Below, piece after piece: positions 51,101 through 61,400 of a stretch of 64,000 nt of DNA (the first letter of the stretch is position 1; every line of letters starts with the position of its first letter). A program made the position numbers and the translations under genes. The DNA is from Haliotis cracherodii (lineage: Eukaryota), in assembly GCF_022045235.1 (NCBI RefSeq), contig NW_027266265.1:45570001-45634000 (forward strand), in the 5' to 3' direction. The notes under the pieces were generated by a model. That model was not told the DNA's origin and did no database searches. It saw only the letters and a list, made by a program, of their open reading frames with translations.

Positions 51101-51411
51101 ACATTTCCACATAACGTCTACGGTAACATTTGATTCACAAAAATCTAAAAAAAAACGTCTACGGTAATGTTTGGTTCAAATGACTCCGCAACATTCACCA
51201 TTTTGTCTCACACCTACTGAGACTTGTCAAACAGAATCTCATGGTTCGATATTCCAGGGATATACAACCGAAGGGGTCATGGAGCCGCACCCTGAGCATG
51301 AAGCCACAACGTCACCCCCGGGGAAGCAAGGACAGAGACATCAGCATCGGATTCGACTCCAAACAGTTGTCGGACATCATAGGCTACTATGCTGTGGAAA
51401 TCAAGTCGTAA
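30763..51411 (+). CDS. TGM: Transglutaminase paralog TG-2, complete, about 874 aa, 17 coding exons: 30763-30785, 35349-35516, 36205-36353, 37501-37770, 38332-38604, 40044-40162, 41654-41767, 42588-42762, 43551-43695, 44388-44497, 45388-45553, 46076-46212, 46989-47098, 48803-49007, 49682-49842, 50483-50628, 51258-51411
   Basis: Joined exons total 2625 nt in an open frame. N-terminal beta-sandwich ([15 protein letters not shown]), core (GQCWVFSG Cys 42732-42734, [19 protein letters not shown]) and two barrels. The first exon is less certain; an alternative start is ATG 35461 (about 829 aa). Confidence 0.95.
33258..33451. mobile_element. Tc1-type MITE (ACTGCCGGGCAAAAGAAA TIR family; other ends at about 637 and 55980)
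   Basis: Inverted termini aactgtcgggcaaaa / ttttgcccggcactt. Confidence 0.6.
34296..34471. mobile_element. pogo/Tigger-like MITE, copy 2
   Basis: ta|CAGTAAA...TTTACTG|ta. Confidence 0.78.
34856..35069 (+). promoter_or_regulatory. Candidate alternative TG-2 promoter and first exon
   Basis: GCCCCGCCCC GC box 34856, CCAATC at about 34876 and 34971, consensus donor |gtgagt at 35070. Confidence 0.5.
35349..35516 (+). CDS. TG-2 exon 2 (DSGEITQP...[23 protein letters not shown]...)
   Basis: ttacag|...|gtaggg; contains GCCATG at 35461, equivalent to the TG-3 start. Confidence 0.82.
36205..36353 (+). CDS. TG-2 exon 3, Arg/Tyr-rich
   Basis: atcag|...|gtacgt; phases 2 to 1 fit; YPSYSY similar to TG-3 YPTYSY. 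Confidence 0.83.
36438..36823. mobile_element. Tc1-type MITE, same family as 12296-12656
   Basis: Same TIRs and internal sequence in reverse orientation. Confidence 0.8.
37088..37315. repeat. 62-bp tandem repeat, about 3.7 copies
   Basis: TACAGAGTCGGGATAGTGGGAC... at 62-bp spacing. Confidence 0.9.
37501..37770 (+). CDS. TG-2 exon 4 (beta-sandwich, LVIRRGQEF)
   Basis: tacag|...|gtaaga; 270 bp. Confidence 0.93.
38332..38604 (+). CDS. TG-2 exon 5 (...PVGEW...ILFNPFCE)
   Basis: ctag|...|gtaaaa; 273 bp. Confidence 0.93.
38663..38836. mobile_element. pogo/Tigger-like MITE, copy 3
   Basis: Same termini and body. Confidence 0.75.
38905..40060 (+). repeat. 55-bp minisatellite derived from the TG-2 exon 6 acceptor junction
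   Basis: Units of TAATGTCCTGTTGTCCTTCTCAG|AGGAC.GGGTGTA end in the real acceptor at 40043. Confidence 0.92.
40044..40162 (+). CDS. TG-2 exon 6 (DWVYMED...WFFGQ)
   Basis: ctcag|...|gtaaag; 119 bp. Confidence 0.93.
41086..41580. repeat. (CTA/TAC)n compound microsatellite interrupted by a SINE A tail
   Basis: Direct reading. Confidence 0.9.
41654..41767 (+). CDS. TG-2 exon 7 ([10 protein letters not shown]...ISQI)
   Basis: gtag|...|gtaagt; 114 bp. Confidence 0.93.
42065..42428 (-). mobile_element. SINE family C copy
   Basis: TSD cagtgtcgttata. Confidence 0.85.
42588..42762 (+). CDS. TG-2 exon 8, catalytic Cys
   Basis: atcag|...|gtatat; 175 bp; YGQCWVFSG. Confidence 0.96.
42825..43450 (+). 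repeat. 34-bp minisatellite derived from the TG-2 exon 8 donor junction
   Basis: Units of GTCATGGCAG|GTATAT.TTGATTGTCCTAAGACA match the exon end GTCACGGCAG|GTATATGCTGTCC. Confidence 0.92.
43551..43695 (+). CDS. TG-2 exon 9 ([18 protein letters not shown]...)
   Basis: ttcag|...|gtacgt; 145 bp. Confidence 0.94.
43900..44347 (-). mobile_element. Mariner transposase fragment with internal duplication
   Basis: [35 protein letters not shown], typical of mariner after the first D; nucleotide similarity to 62240-62410. Confidence 0.7.
44388..44497 (+). CDS. TG-2 exon 10, catalytic His/Asp
   Basis: ttcag|...|gtaggt; 110 bp. Confidence 0.95.
45152..45266. repeat. Long palindrome or hairpin (MITE-like), arms about 53 bp
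   Basis: ATACTAAACTCGCTCCCGTGTAA...TTACACGGGAGCTCGTTTAGTAT. Confidence 0.8.
45388..45553 (+). CDS. TG-2 exon 11 (VYCCGPAPV...SEVNAD)
   Basis: tcaag|...|gtaagc; 166 bp. Confidence 0.93.
46076..46212 (+). CDS. TG-2 exon 12 (VGKNISTH...YKYKE)
   Basis: ttcag|...|gtttgt; 137 bp. Confidence 0.92.
46989..47098 (+). CDS. TG-2 exon 13 (GSEKERSIV...)
   Basis: ttcag|...|gtaagg; 110 bp. Confidence 0.9.
48803..49007 (+). CDS. TG-2 exon 14, barrel 1
   Basis: aacag|...|gtacgg; 205 bp. Confidence 0.92.
49682..49842 (+). CDS. TG-2 exon 15
   Basis: ctag|...|gtaagt; 161 bp. Confidence 0.9.
49934..50379. mobile_element. hAT-like MITE
   Basis: TIR T(T/A)GGG(C/G)TGGGACG; 8-bp TSD gagactat/gagattat; subterminal GGGTACCCG repeats. 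Confidence 0.7.
50483..50628 (+). CDS. TG-2 exon 16, barrel 2 (FTNPLDVVL)
   Basis: ttcag|...|gtcagt; 146 bp as in TG-1. Confidence 0.91.
50615..51022 (+). repeat. 42-bp minisatellite derived from the TG-2 exon 16 donor junction
   Basis: Units of ACGTTCCCCGTGCCAGCAGTACTCACACCTCTCTCACATAAC; the first unit spans the real donor. Confidence 0.93.
51258..51411 (+). CDS. TG-2 terminal coding exon (...[11 protein letters not shown])
   Basis: tccag|...TAA; 154 bp. Confidence 0.92.
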
Positions 51412-52146
51412 CTGACACGCTCACAGAAACATTTCTCTGTCGCTGTCTGTGATTCCTGAAACCTGACTGAACCAATATGAAATCTTTCCATGACAACTGT
51501 CTCCGTGGCATACCCTTGGGAGTCCTCACTCCCACCCTTCCAATAATGTATTATATAAGACCGGATCAGCTGTCTGTATGTTGTGAGAGTATAACTCAAG
51601 TTATGCGTCGTATTATATTTCCAAGCAATTTGTCATAGGTTATGTTTTATCATGACATCGGAACATACGTACCTCGACTTGTACTTTTTACAATTGGCTC
51701 ATACAGTTACTATACCAGGTATATGCTTCTCGTCTATATTAATTGTTGTTTTTATCAAACTAAACTGAATACAATCACTGTTCAAGTTTGAATATCGACG
51801 CGTATAATCCAGATTGATTTAGATAGTTAAATGTAAGTTTATCTGTCAAAATTGGGATTTGAGCCCCAGGTAATACTGTCAGTATGTGAGATGCACGTCA
51901 CGTCGCGTCGCGTCGCGTCGCGTCTGTGCAAAAAATGTATGTTTCTTGTTGAAATGTTTTTTTATGTATTCAAGTGCCCTTCTAAAGGCTTATTTGTTTT
52001 CTACAGTGTTGAAATAAGTTATTTCACTAACAATATTTATGATATGCTATGCTCAAAGTATGCAATATTTTCACATTGTTGCCTGTTGAATATGTAACCT
52101 ACCACCCAGCTCTATTCATAAAGTATAAACGTATTTGTATATGAGT

Positions 52147-52152
52147 AATAAA
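52147..52152 (+). terminator. Candidate TG-2 polyadenylation signal
   Basis: AATAAA about 740 nt after the stop. Confidence 0.45.
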
Positions 52153-55025
52153 TTCTATCTCAACACACTCGAGTGATGGACAATGTGATACATTTATTGG
52201 CGCAATTAGTGTCCCGTTGAGTTATGATATATATCTAGCAGTATCGGCGCATAGGGCATGATGATCACCACAAGCGGAAATGAGGTACATCCTCGATTTT
52301 CCAGTGTATCACATTTCCATTCTATAACGATGAATACCCCGAGCCCAAAAGTTACCATCGCGACATTTGAAGTCCAACTCGGGATGGTGGGGTAGCCTGG
52401 TGGTTAAAGCGTTCGCTCGACACGCCGAAGACTCGGGTTCGAATCCCCACATGGGTACAATATGTGAAGTCCATTTATGATGTCCCCGCCGCAATATTTT
52501 GCTAAATACGGCGTAAAACCGTGCTCAATCACTCGCTCATTAAGTCCGAATAACAACACGATGCTACAAATGACCGTCTACTCAAATAACACCCACGGAG
52601 AGAAATTCTGTGCGAAGTTACTGATAAGAGTCAGTGAGTGAAATGGGCTTCACACTGCCTTTGGCAGTATTCCAGCAATATCACGGTGGGGGACACCCGA
52701 AATCTGCTTCACGTATTGTACCCTAACTGACAAGAGGTAGTCAGTTCCGAAGCTACAACTGTACAAAAAAATACGTACGTTACGTTAGTCTATTACTAAA
52801 CATTGTTTATACATTGAAGGTCTGTGTACGGTAATAAACAACATTAGAAGAGTCCAGGGTATTTATCCTAATAGAATCTAGATATATGACACTGGACAAA
52901 CGAGGATGGGTAACATGCATAATGTGACTATGGCTGTATTTTATAGCCAGTAGTTAATGGATTTCCCTTGGGAGCATATCATCTTCTAGTACAAAATATT
53001 TCCCTTAGTAACATATCGACATTTATCTTATACATTTTGGTAGCAACACCTTCATGTGAGTTTTTTTTCTTTAAATGATATATCCTATCAAAGCAATAAA
53101 TAGTACTTCTTTACTGTTTCTGTGGTAGTATTAATGTTACAAGTGAAATTTCACTGTTTTGATAAACTTTAACGCTTTTACGCTTTCCATTGTTCAAAAA
53201 CGCGTTATTCCTCAAAATGTTCACAAACACAATAAAGCTACAAAAATGATTACTTGTTTTGGACAAGGATAGGTTTGTGTGGGATATAAAATCTGAAATG
53301 GGATACTCTCTCCAGAAAAAAAATCTTTGAATTTATAATAGTTTGGAATATAATAAAATAAGCCCCTTTGAAGGAAGAAATTCAGCACTAACAATTCTAT
53401 ATAAGAGAACATTCATGTTTCCTGTTGTTCATCCGAAGAACAAATATTTTTTTTGCTGTGGCCTGCATAGTTTTACCATGGCAACGGATGTGTTTATAGG
53501 TTGATGATCTCGTCTTGTCTCTCTTGTGATACCATATTGGGACAGATACGATATATTATATATTTTCAGGTTATAGTATTTTATAGCTCTGTTTCACAAT
53601 CCATATATATCTATGTACTTGTTAATAAAACACTTTCAGTTTGAAAAGAAGTTTGTTTTTATATGACTTCCTGCAGTCCACATACAGAATATATGAAGAT
53701 TATGTACAGGATATGTCAAATTCACATACAGGATTCATCAGCTACCCATGCTTGCCTTAAAATGGTGATTATGCTTAAGAGGCGGCTAACGGGATCGGGT
53801 GGTCAGGCTCGGTGACTTGGTTGATGCGTGTCATCGTATCCCAATTGCGTGGAACGAAGCTCATGATGTCAATCACTAGATTGTCTTGTCCAGACTCGCT
53901 TATTTACACACCGCCGTCATATAGCTGGAGTATTGCTGAGTGCGGCGTCAAACAACAAACATACAAACGTTAATATTCCACCGACAGGGGCAATGTCCCA
54001 GCCCCAATCGTAACCACTCGCCCCTTTCCGTGCCCCTATCGATGAATGTTATGTGCGAAATTACGACAAACCAATCAGAATGCGCGCATGATTTCAAGTT
54101 CTTCGTCAAAGAATCCCTCAGAAATAATTTTTGATTTTCCATATGTCTTGCATCTAAAAATATACCCAAGACACAGTTACATGTGTTCAATCATACTGTA
54201 TAATCCCGCATGTCCTGATGTGCTTTAAATTGCATCTGAAATATATATAATATATGGGGAAATACATGTTAACCATTACGCAACGAGTTGACAGTTGTTT
54301 TGGGTATGCCCGTTTGCGCTAAGACTGAACCTGGTCGCAAAAATGGCCATGATAGGAGCACGAGTCGCTAATCGGCTTGTCCCGGAATAACACGAGTTGG
54401 TCACGAATGGTCCCAGTCCCACACAGAACATCGCCATCACCCAGACAGCAGCAGGACAGTGGAGCCAAGTCTCTCCATACATAGATGTAACGTATAACTA
54501 ACACCACATATGGATGGCACATTACTGATCCGGCGATATACACAAGCTCGATAACATCAGGCAACGGATGTGTGGCCGATGTTGCTGGTCGCGGCAGCTG
54601 GTGCTGGCACCACACATAATGCACCAATCACACCACCAGCGTTTACTGTTTTGTCGAGTTGTAATGTTTGAAAGGCATTCTATTAGCTGACAGTGTATTG
54701 TAATAAAACAAAATTATGGATGACTTATGGATGTACGTTATTTTGAAGACGTGGTCGTAAAATTGATTTGTGTATAACTGTGGACTGTGAATGATAACCA
54801 TGGCCTGGTGATCCACACACCGCCGATTTCTTCGAAGGGAAGTTATTAAAGACTCATCCCGTAGGGTGCGATGATTCACAATGAGCCTCATCACACATTG
54901 TAACCATCCGAAGTCGTCGGTTCAAAGGACATGCATGATGTACTGGGAATCTGTTCCGTTCCTTGATACCCCGAATGAGTGAGTGAGTGAGTGAGGATCT
55001 TACCCGGATCTTCACAGAGGATAGC

Positions 55026-55296
55026 GACCCGTGAAGATCCGGGGTAGAATAGGTCTTCAGCAACCCATGCTTGCCGTAAAAAGGTGACTACGATTGTTGT
55101 AAAAGGCGACTAACCGGATCGGGTGGTCAGGCTCGCTGACTTGGTTTATACATGTCATCGGTCCCAATTTCGTGGATCGATGCTCATGGTATTAATCGCT
55201 GGATTGTCTGGTCCAGACTCGATTATTTACAGACCGGCGTCATATAGCTGAAATATTGCTGAGTGCGGCGTTAAACAACAAACCAGCCAACCAATC
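55026..55296 (+). mobile_element. SINE family B full-length copy
   Basis: TSD acagaggatagc. Confidence 0.85.
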
Positions 55297-58200
55297 AACA
55301 GAGGATAGCCAGCCTAGATTTTCTGCCGAAACAGATTCTATTTGGGGTAAGGGGCCAAATATCTGTGGACATTATATGAATGGACCACTGACAATCAGTG
55401 ATGACACCAGGGTAAGCATGTCCCGCCTAACCGCTAGCACCGCCATTCATACAGCTTGCATGAAAAAGTAAGTATATATTGCCTGCCGCCGCACAACGGT
55501 ACTCCTCTAAACAAACCAGACAATCAAATGATCGATGAACCAGAAAATCCAGTGACACGGGAGTACCTTAACTGATTGTGTTGAAATTATAAAAAACGAT
55601 ATATTAATATGTGTACAAGAGCAGAGATTTTGCTGCTTATGAGTAAAGAAAAAAGAATGAATACACTTGAATTAACTAACACATAACTAACGTCATCAAA
55701 ACGTTACTAGGCTAAAAAAGAATGAGTACACTTGAAAGAACACATAACTAACGTCATCAAAACGTTATTAGGTTAAAAAAGAATGAATACACTTGAATTA
55801 ACTTAAACATAACTAACGTCATCAACACGCTTGAAACAGTCTCGTAAAACTGCAAACGTAAGGTCCAAAAATCATTTAGGGTACCCTTATCAAATACATC
55901 CCCATAGAAAAAACATTTCCTGTTTGATTCATTTTCAGCCACCATTAAACATGGGTGTATACTTTCTTTTGCCCGGCAGTAAGTGGGTTGCAGCGTATAT
56001 ATTATAAACTGTAAATAAGGATGGCACGAACTTTGGGTGTGCTTAGAGTTCATTATATCCATAGTCCAGGCTCACGACTGACAAAATTAATTCAATTGGG
56101 ACATATTATGCGTCATTTCTCCGTGCTTGTACGTTTTTCTATGGAGTGCTAAAAGGGGTATTGTCGCCCTTCCAAAAACAAGCATTTGTCGTATTGTCGC
56201 CCTTTGGTAAAAGTAAAAACTATTATTCAAAGTGCGACAATGCGATAAATGGCAAAAGGTATCCTTGTCGCATTCTGGGATTCATATTTTTCTCAAACTA
56301 CAGACCGTCGCCGTGGTCTGGTGGTAGAGCATCCGTCCAGAGCGCTGAAGGTTCGGGGTTCGATCCCAGGCCGCGTCATACGTAGAGACGTTAGAATATG
56401 GTTAGAATATGGCCTTGCGCTTCGCATGAAGGGGCTAAAATCAAGGACTGGTCGGCGGGATGATATCTCAGTGGGCTAGCACTATAATTTCGGCANNNNN
56501 NNNNNNNNNNNNNNNNNNNNNNNNNNNNNNNNNNNNNNNNNNNNNNNNNNNNNNNNNNNNNNNNNNNNNNNNNNNNNNNNNNNNNNNNNNNNNNNNNNNN
56601 NNNNNNNNNNNNNNNNNNNNNNNNNNACGTTAAACCCCATTTCACCTCACCTTCTAAATACACAACTGACTATGAAGACACATAACAATCAGTTTACGCC
56701 TTATTCCAACCAGTATTAAACGTATGGCTCATAACTATATATTCACCACTAGACTAGTATGAATACGTATGCTATGAATATCAATGAATTAGTAAATGCA
56801 CTGCCATAAAATTCGAAGTTAACTCATGCATCCTGGACACGCGCGGCCACGTGCCCGGAATATGTGTTATCCATCACATCCACACAGGCCGCCATATTAA
56901 CCAGAAGGTAAGAGTTTAGATATTAACTTTGCTTGAAAAGGGAGCTGAAAGTAGTCTTCAACTTGCTGCAACACAATCTGGCGCTACTTCTTGAAAAACA
57001 TCAAACCTGGTATGTAGGCAGAGTTCGAGATAACTGATCACCTCGGGGCTGCTGTTTGTTTTTGGCGGACTGTAGGACATTTTCGTCTCCTGCCCAGTCC
57101 AATATTTCACGTTCAACTTATCTCACCTAGTTTACGGTAAAATTTGCGAAGTTTGCATTTAATTTTTTATGTTTAATATAGTTGGTTAAAAATCTAAGTT
57201 TAGTTTACATGAAGTTGATTTTAACAGCAAAGCTAAGCATTCGTGTGTGACCATGCATTTGCTTATACCACGATTCATCTTACTGCTGTCTTGAGAGGAA
57301 GCCCAAATTGATGCAGTTGATGGACGTGTACCACTTTAGTGAAACCCATGAGCATGGGCATGGTGCTTACAAACCTAAAACGGTGAATCGGTGATTCGAA
57401 CCCACGATCATAGCTTTTTGGCAAAGCAAAGTGACACAACTGAGTGACGAGCACCAATGTTAATTCTGAACGCAAAACATTCTGCATGGATGGTTTCAAA
57501 TGGAAATGTTTTCACTGTTATCCTCCCAGGCAATAGCAGCGATACGTATCGCGCACTACAATGAAACTTCTTTAATCTGGACGTACCCATACTAGTGAAA
57601 TCGTCGGGATAAAAACAGTCCGGGATTTACAACACATTGATACAACGCAATGCACATAGTGTATAACAGCAGTGAAGATCCGGGGTAGAATAGGTCTTCA
57701 GCAACCTATACTTGTTGTAAGAGGCGACTAACGGGATCGGATGGTCAGACTCGCTGGTTTAGATTGGAGTATTTACAGACCGTCGTCATATAGCTGAAAT
57801 ATAAACATAGTTGGTGTAAATGCAGCAAGATGTATCAAAGCACGCGTTAGCAAGGGCGTTGTTTTGGACAGCGGGGTTTCACTGTATCTCTTCACTACAA
57901 GTATTTGTATTTGTTGCGGACTGTAGGCATATTAATTTGTTATCTGGTATATATAACACTGTGACGATTATCATTCTGGCTAAGAACGAAGCCATGGTTG
58001 GGTTACTGTCAAGGATACAATCATGCTGTCCCGTTACGATGTGACTAGGGTAGAGCGTTAAAGCAAGCAGATTCATTCACGCCTGCAATATGTATTCAGC
58101 TTCCCTAGTTGCGGGATTTGATAGACGGGGATTGGAGGCCCTGTAGCCTGTGCCGCATTTCGCCGTACATAGTTGTCTCGCTTCGTGGTGCCAGGATCCG

Positions 58201-58411
58201 CTGTACCAGATTCGCCCCGATTATGATCCTTCATCTGTCTGCACCATACCCGTGTTCATGTGTAAACACCAAACAAACTATAATTTTCCCTCAATAAGCT
58301 GAAAAATCTAGTTATAACTGAAGTATTAGTTGAACCCACCTCACTCGCTCATCCCTTTTAAAGGTATTCTTGAGGTTGCAATTTACACCGACGGGAGTAA
58401 AGACCGCCGCC

Positions 58412-58464
58412 ATGTTCAGACGGTACGGGGGGAACACGCCACGCACGTCCACCAGCAGACCACG
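58412..58464 (+). CDS. TG-3 first coding exon (MFRRYGGNTPRTSTSRP)
   Basis: Kozak GCCGCCATG; acceptor at 58363; donor CG|gtacgt phase 2. Confidence 0.75.
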
Positions 58465-61400
58465 GTACGTACTGAATAGTTTCTATATGAATAAATTCGG
58501 GGAAACCTTCATACAAAAAGGTTCTGCATCGTATAGGATTGGAGGGTTGGAAGGTTTTCATAAAATATCTGAAGTTTGAGAAAAGTCACTTTTTTATTTA
58601 CGTTTTAAGATTGTATTGAAATCAATTTATAAATCAACTTAAACGTAACAAAGTAGACAAATTTGGACTAAGACAAATAACTACAAGGTGAGCTGACTTA
58701 GTAGACAATGCTGCTATGCGACTTTGGGACCTGGTAATCTTTCCCAGATTAGTTCCGTATGGAATAACGTGTTCTGTTAGGTTGTTGGGTCTGTGTTGAT
58801 TGTTTATGGCAAGGCTTCTGCGACAAGTATATTGTGTGAATAGGGTGTTTATATAATTGCTGCGCTTGTACGCCTGGTACAATTGCTTGAGACACTAAGA
58901 TATCACCGGACGTCATCAAACACTCGATTTACTAAGCTGATGTTATTGGAGATGTTGTTTGAGGCTTTATATGCATCTACTCTTCCAGAACACATTCCTT
59001 GCATTAAAACGTGTTTATATCCAGTCAATATTCTCCAACCACCCTACATGTGAAGCGCGTCTGTTTTCAGAGTGATCCCGAGTGACGACAGTGTCTACCC
59101 CACCTACTCCTATGGACGACGTCGAGCTCGAGTGTGGGACCGTGACAGAGTCTTTTGGGGGCCCAACGACATTAGGCTCTACTGCGGTATATCTCACTCA
59201 CCTTAAACAACAAAACATAATATAAAATTNNNNNNNNNNNNNNNNNNNNNNNNNNNNNNNNNNNNNNNNNNNNNNNNNNNNNNNNNNNNNNNNNNNNNNN
59301 NNNNNNNNNNNNNNNNNNNNNNNNNNNNNNNNNNNNNNNNNNNNNNNNNNNNNNNNNNNNNNNNNNNNGACAGACAGACAGACACACATAGGAAATTCAA
59401 ACCAAGAATAATCATGGTCAGTCTCGATTATCTGCCGAAACTTTTTTGTTTTTTGTTTGTTGTTTAACGCCGCACTCAACAATATTCCAGCTATATGACG
59501 GCGGCCTGTAAACAACTGAGTCTTGACCAGACAATCCAATGAAAGCTAAGGGTAGTGTGAGCTGTTCCCACACATCTTACAATGTTCCGAAAAGTTATCT
59601 TAGCGTTACGACAGTTGCATGTCAATGTTACGTATAGTATGGGACTAACGATTGTCGGTGTGCCAAGATCGCTTTGACATTTTTGGGGTAAATCTATGCA
59701 AAATATTTATCATTAAAACCGGCGAGCAAATGTTTTTGACAATTTTATTCCCATGAATGTCCCATGCTTTGTTGCCCATTGTTCACGGGTTAGAAGAGAT
59801 CCGGGTTAGAAGAGGTCCGGGGTAGAAGAGATCCGGGTTAGGAGAGGTCTTCAGCATCCCATGCTTGCCCTTAGAGTCGACTAACGGGATCGGTCGGTCA
59901 GGCTCGCTGACTTGGTTGGTGCATGTCATCGTATCCCAAATGCGTAGATCGATGCTCAGTATGTAAATCACTGGATTGTCTGGCCCAGGCTCGAATATTT
60001 TCAGACCGCCGTCATACACTGGTATACGCTGAATGTGGCTTTATACAACAAACAAACAAAACACTCCAGTTATAGATATAAATGTTTCATATATAACATC
60101 ACACTTTGAGAGAGCAGATAAACTCAATGGTGCCTAACACAAGTTGAATAAAACTTTCTAGGACAAGAAAAAAAGAAAATAAGAACTCGCTAGGACCGCC
60201 ATTTTGCCTGATGCCAGTACCCGTTAAGGATATAGGTTTCCATACATTACGCTGTCAGCTTGTTCGGTCGATGACGAGAGAAATACCTGTTTATGAATCA
60301 TGAGATGTTGAAGTTATGACTGTCAATGTTGTCTAGATTCTGATGAGGACGAGAACGAGGAGGAATGTATTTCCGAAGTGGTTGCCCCCCTGCTCGAGAC
60401 TAAGCTGCATGTGACGCACGTGGACCTGCACGTGCCGGACAACACAGCTGCCCATCACACTGACCTCTATGAGTGTACCGGAGACAGGGTCAGTGACGGC
60501 ACGGAGCACAAGGCACGGCTTGTCCTCCGTCGAGGGCAGGAGTTCAAGATGACCCTTCACTTCGACAGACCTTACGATATTCCTAAGAACGATATCACGC
60601 TTACCTTTCATTTGGGTATGTACCAAGCCTGAAAAGAACCATACAGGTCAAATGATATTCTCAAAACATATTTACGAGGTGTTTCATTTTATATTTTACA
60701 AACACAAGAGAATGAAAAATGTAGACCCGTCATAGTTACTTTAGTGAGTGAGAGAGTAAGAGAGTGAGTGAGTATGGTTTACGCCGCTTTAAGCAATATT
60801 CCAGCAATATCACGGCGGGGGACACCAGAAATGGGCTTCTCACATTGTACCCATGTCGGGAATCGAAAAGGGGTCTTCGGCGTGACGAGCGAACTCTTTA
60901 ACCACTAGGCTACCCGACCGTCCAGTTACTTTAGTAATGTCAGGTAGGCAGTGGTTAGAACTTTTGCTCATCCGACTGAAATTCTTATTTGGAAGGATTT
61001 ATGAAGGTAATTATTTGTGCCCAAAGCAAGATTGATTTGAAACACTCGTCTCTTAGTAGAGACAACCTAGGTCAGTGGGTTGTGCTTGTTGGGTTCAAAA
61101 GTGGGTTCGATTCTCGCTTGGTGATTTATGAGGCCCACGATTATTGATTGATTAAACACTGTCGTCTTTTAGTAGTGGACAAAAAGGTAGGCAGTGATAT
61201 AATTTGCCTTGAGTTTTAGGTGGATTAATTTATTATTTGTGTCTCAAGTTAATTGCTTGAAACGGGATTAAAACCATTCTCTTCCACTCACTCACTCTAT
61301 CAATTTTACAGAGGGCAGCTACAAGGCAGCTCGGACCACCAGCGCCACCATCAAGGTGGACGAGTCTGGATATACAAGCTTCGACAAGAAGACGTGGGGC

